Positions 58,101 to 64,000 of a stretch of 64,000 nt of DNA are shown piece after piece (within the stretch, counting starts at the first letter, position 1; the number at the start of each line of letters is the position of its first letter). The notes beneath the pieces are model-generated. The model saw only the letters and a list, made by a program, of their open reading frames with translations. It was not told the DNA's origin and did no database searches. The stretch comes from the human T2T-CHM13v2.0 reference genome, Homo sapiens, in NCBI RefSeq assembly GCF_009914755.1, contig NC_060926.1; one strand, 5' to 3'. A program made the position numbers and the translations under genes.

Positions 58101-59389
58101 CAGTGTAGAATTTTATAAATGTAATTTAGAGAAAGTTCTTATCTTGTGCTGTAAACTATCATTTAAAAAATAATTATTCTTGTAAATAACTTTTTATGTA
58201 TTGGGTTTTCTTAAAGTAGGCTAGACATAATTATTTTGAATTGAGTTCACTTAGAGAGGAGACATCTAAGTATGAATTATGGTTCTATTCTAAGGTTGTC
58301 GTAGAGTCTTGGAAAAAAGGAAGAGTCTTGGCTTCAAGGAAATAATATAATTTCATTTACTGCTCATTTATGGGAGTATTGAGATTTACATCACTATTAA
58401 TTCTCTGGACCAAGATCAACTGGAGCCTGTTGGGCAGTGTGAGCCCAAGAAGCTCAAAGTGACGTGCGCAGTGTTGTATGTCTAAAATGATGGGTTTTGA
58501 CATTTTGATAGATTGACAAGCTTTTTCACTGAGTTCTAAATATAGAAATGGGCTTCTTTCCCCACATAGAAAATAATAAGAATTTATTTCCTAAAGAACA
58601 CATTTTTTTTCCACTCTAGGCCTGATTCTCTTTGACAGGATGAAGATTTTCTTGGGAATAGATGAGATTTATTTTGGTTGGCCAGAGTGCCTGTCTACTG
58701 AAGGCCCCAAATACTAGCTGATACACTCAAGTTAATATGGATCCCCTCTCCTTTGTTTTTAATATTTATTACTCATACACTTTTATTTTGCATTAATATA
58801 GAAACTCATTTCAAAAAGTATGGGGCAATTAGTAAACTCAGATAATTTCACACCAGAACTGCTTTTTTTTGTTGTGAGAATAGTTTGACAGCTTAGGAAA
58901 AATTAGTAACTTGATTATGTGAGCTGATACTTGAAGATGTTACCTGAGTTTAGGAACTGACTATGACAAGGAACCTACAACAAGTGAGAATTCACGCATG
59001 TTAGTGCATTTAAAATATAGGGCTAATTTAAACAATTGGTAAAAGAAATATAAACAGGATTCTAACTAATAAATATCTGATTTTCTTCACAGCTTTTGAA
59101 ATTGGCAAACATTTAGTCCTTAAAAAAAAAGAGTGACCATTGGGCTTACCTTCTGTTAAAACTTCTTTGTCTGGCTAAACCCAAAAACTTTAGGGGAGAT
59201 TGAAGTAAAGCTGGAGGGAAGGCAAGTCAGCCATCACTGTGGCCAGATGTACTCTCATTTCCTTATGTGGTCTACATGAGGCCAGCCCTAAAGCATCATC
59301 AGATCATCTTAACATAAACTTTGGGATGAGTAGGCAATTACTGCATTCAAGAGATGAACAATCTAACAATTGAGTCATATTGAGTCTTC

Positions 59390-59451
59390 TTGACACTTTG
59401 CTTATTTCAACTCTTTACAGTTGACACTTTGCTTATTTCAACTCTTTACAG
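59390..59451. repeat. Perfect 31-bp tandem duplication
   Basis: TTGACACTTTGCTTATTTCAACTCTTTACAG twice. Confidence 0.97.
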
Positions 59452-59609
59452 TCACTATTTAATACATCAAATTCATAGTGCATGACTAGTCAAATATTTT
59501 TTTGACACTCTACTTGCCAGGTGGTATAGGTAATTCCTATTTCTAAACTTAGAGAATTGCATTCTTTTTAGGATTTTATAGAAGTTATTTTGAAACACTC
59601 TCCCAAAGA

Positions 59610-59810
59610 CAGCTAATGCAGTGGTTAGGGATACTGTCTGTGTTCAGATCCCAGCTCTGCCTTGTTGTGTGGTTACCTTTGGCAAAGTTGCTTCAGTGTC
59701 TCATTTTGGAGACAATAATAGCATCGCTCTCATTGAATAGTTGGGAGAATTAGAAAATACATAAAAAGCATGTGCCTCTCATGTAGTAAGCGTTCAGTGT
59801 TAGCCATTGT
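59610..59810 (+). mobile_element. MIR
   Basis: GCAGTGGTTAGG...TTCAGATCCCAGCTCTGCC...ACCTTTGGCAA...GTAGTAAGCGTTCAGTGTTAGC. Confidence 0.75.
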
Positions 59811-62349
59811 AATTAAACATGCATATATTCTGCATGAAAACATACTCAAAGAACCTAAAGTATAGCTCTTACGAACATACTGATTTTTGAGACAGTTTCT
59901 ATCATCCTTTTGGGAAAGGAAATTTATTTTTTCTCCTGAAAAAGTAAGCAATCTATCTAAGTTGGTGATTCTACCAAAAAAAAAAAAAAAGTCTTTCTTT
60001 TTGGATATTTCAGTCTCTTTAGGAGTGAATCCTAGAAAACTAAGTTCAAATTTTAGCTCTAGCTGTGCTTGGCTAATAGCTCCTCTTTCTAATCCAGCAT
60101 TTAGTGAAATAAATTTGGTTTTCAAATTTGGGCAAGGGAAACTTAAATATCAATTGTTGTTTTATTCATACTGCCTTGTCTAATTCCTTTAATTGTCTTT
60201 GCAATGTCATTTTACTGTTCCCCTGCTCTCCATCCCTTCTTTTGCTGTTTAGAACAGAGCCTTTTCCGATTGGAACTATCCACTCTGACTTTTGAAATGC
60301 TAGATTTCCAGCTGGTAACAGAGTGTGTGTCAACTGAAGAAAGCCTGTGCTTGTGAATTTCTGGTTTGCATTAGACCATCATGCTTTATTGTTCTAAAGG
60401 CTCTTGAAGGAGGATTCAATTCCACGGTGCCATGCAACCTCTCCAGGATGGGGCATTTGTTTCAAACAGCTGTTCACTTGATGTTCTTGATTTTAGAAAT
60501 CACTTGGGTAAATCTTTAGATACAGTTCATCACCATCATGTATCAAATGAGGATAATCTGAATCCCTTGAAAGCATGCATAAAATATGTAATTGCCCTAG
60601 AAAATAAGCACAAATAATTTACTGGTAAATATTTGTTTCACCAGACCACATCCCACTTCTCCAAGCTGCAGTCTGTACTCCACAGATGCTGGTAAAACCC
60701 ACATTAAAATAATTGGTTCATTATGGTCCTAAGTCAATGGCTACTTCTAAAGTTTTTTTCTTTTTTTTTCTGAGTCAAAAAGTAGTAAGAGACAGAGTAA
60801 AGGACCTTTAATTTATTCCACTGTTGACTTCCCTCACAGCAATTTTCATTACAACCCAGGCTGGTGTGCTGCTGCTCATTAGATTTCATTTAAACACTTG
60901 GAAAATCAAGACCCTCCACACCTGAATTTCTTATACTTCCCTCTCTGGTCATCCTAGAAATGTGTTTTCTCTGCAGCTAGGTGTGTAAGGACAGCCCTGG
61001 TGTTAGCCTCACACTTTGTCTGATTCTCTTCTTCCTTCTAGCTCAACACTGTCATCTGTAGCTCTCTTCTGACATCCACATCTAAAAATTTCGTTTGACT
61101 TGACTGGCCATTCTCCTCTGAACCCCCTACAAGAAGTTGTCATGTCCATTTCCACTGACCTAAGACATCCTTGAGTTTAGAAATCAATCTGTGCACACAA
61201 TGAACAGTCTCATATATTGTCTTGAATTTCTAGCAATCCCAGTCTAATTACTGGTTGTCTTCTCCTATCTCCAACTCCAAGAGGGATTGTAGAGACAGAG
61301 ATAGGCTTTTATTTCTTTGGCATCACAAGAAAAAGTACTGTACTGTCCATGCCTGTTTATGTATTTTGTTCATTGTCTCATCTGTGTCTAGTGTGCCTTT
61401 GTTTTCAAATGAATATTATAGTGCATATTAAGCATTTTATTATTAATAATGGTGTCCAAAATGAATTTTCAGGTGTACTATTTAAATATAGCATAAGCAA
61501 TATATTGTCTATGCCTTGCTTGACTCGTGATATCTTGCCTTCCTATTATCTAAAATCAGAGAGGGCAAGTTGGACAAAGACAGCAGGAGAAAATGGAGAG
61601 ATTGTAAAAACTTACCTTGAGAAAGTCAAGGATGGGCTGGGAGGATATGTGGAAGATACTAAAAGGGATAAAAGATTCTTCTAACTACATGATATATACA
61701 TATTTGCTTCTTTATCTTTGTCCCAGAGTGTCTTTTGGCTCATCAAATAAAATCATCACAAGAAAAAGAAGGTTGGTGGTATTTTGTTTAGGAAGGAAGC
61801 TTATTATGTTTTTTGATTTATATTTATGGTTATATCAATTCAGTTTTCCTGGGTCTCAACCTTATAGGATCAGAGTTCTGGAAAGGGTTAATGAGTTAAT
61901 TTGACTGCAGTGTGTCTCCTTAGTCTGCTAATGTATAGTAATTTATGAATATTGCAATTATGCATAGCTATTTAAGATGGAGAATATTCCAAGCATGCTT
62001 AACAAATCCATTATCCGTGAAAAACTGTATGTATTTAGATGATTCCTAGGGTAATAGCATTCTCCATTCCACATGTTTTAAGATGTTTTCTTGAGAGCTT
62101 TAGTCCGTCACAGAATCTCTGCCTGCTGACCCCAGGGATGTCTATTCACCACTGCGAGGAGGTTCTTTGTACCCAAAATGGACCTTCTTAACTTTACTGT
62201 GCTTGAGATTAGGAATAAAAGGAATAACAGAGCTAGAATATATTTACCTGTCTTCCTTGGGGGACTGAGGTTTGAGGTGAGACATGAAGGAGGTGGTGTT
62301 AATCAAGCCCAATGCAGATGTGGGTGGGTAAAGAGACAGGAAGAGGAGG

Positions 62350-63199
<850 letters not shown>

Positions 63200-64000
63200 G
63201 GAGGGGAAGAAGATGTTAGCAGAAGGAACCATGTAGGAACCATACATGCAAAGTTGCAAAGTCCTTGAGGCAGGAGGGAGCTGGTGTTTGAGAAAATAAA
63301 AACAGGCTTATATTGCTGAAGCACGGAAAGCTAGTGTCTGGAGGAATAGCCAGGCTGGATTTTGTGTTGTGAAGTTGTTTAGGCAGAGCTGGGACTTTAG
63401 ACACAGCTGCAAACATTAATTCTTTGAATTTGAATAGGATTCCTTTAAATCCACTCAATCTTCCAATTTTTTTTGTTATGAAGTGTTTATGTATTATGAA
63501 TTCTTATACTTTTCTTACTACCATGTAAGATTTCTACAAATCACTTTCATACCCTAAAATGTTCATTCTTTTCTCTCCTTTCATTTCTCCCTTGATCTTT
63601 CTTTACAGTGTGCTGCCTCTCTAGGCATTTTCTCTTTTGACCTTCAAATTCCTCATGCACTTGATTGGCCTTCAGATTCCTTGTACACTTGAGCGTTTTT
63701 GCACTCTGGGTCTTTAGGCCCCACTTCATGCTTTGGTTCCACAGTTTATGCACTTTCAATCAATTGGCTCCCCATATCCTTTGCTGTGATATATTAGTCC
63801 CAGGTCCTGATTTTTTTTTTTTTGAGAAGTATTTTTCTCTCATTCTGCATTGTCTTGGGTGTCTGTCCATAAAGGTGCCTTGCTTTTCGTAAGATAAAGT
63901 GTGGGATGTGGAATTCCTATCCTTGAACAGTATAGAAAATGATAGGACATGATTCATCTCATGGTGTCTTTCCGAAGAGATGTCCAGCTGTTCCTGTTAA

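Noticed and set aside
58458-58471. TGACGTG CRE/HRE-like site and scattered TGA(C/G)TCA AP-1 sites
   Set aside because: Short motifs at about chance frequency for 64 kb, with no supporting cluster
63547-63957. Minus-strand ORFs as a processed pseudogene or exon
   Set aside because: No recognisable protein, poly-A/TSD structure or splice pair; left unassigned

Overview
Primate (hominoid-like, probably human) non-coding genomic DNA, AT-rich and CpG-depleted, most likely intronic or intergenic. I find no host protein-coding exon, RNA gene or CpG island that I can support. Roughly half the window is recognisable interspersed repeat. This includes 17 Alu/FLAM elements (AluJ and AluS types, no clear AluY), L1 fragments of many ages (L1ME to a young L1PA2-like insertion with an open ORF2 C-terminal frame), and L2, MIR and L3 relics. 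It also includes LTRs (MER21, MLT1, MER90-like, LTR33-like, MER52, MLT2B), a decayed ERV-L gag segment and DNA transposons (MER5A, MER44A, MER58, MER102, Tigger3b). Nearly all ORFs in the supplied track come from repeats or are chance ORFs. I did not find a new biological system. The most notable observations are a TSD-flanked but tail-less L1MA-type insert nested in an older L1, the young L1PA2-like insertion, and a gapless 124-bp duplicate pair 2 kb apart, each copy beside a polypyrimidine tract. Also notable are several templated-insertion-like scars, a perfect 31-bp tandem duplication shaped like a splice acceptor, and a strong minus-strand bias of Alu/L1. Repeat family names come from recalled consensus sequences, and boundaries are approximate unless TSDs are quoted.
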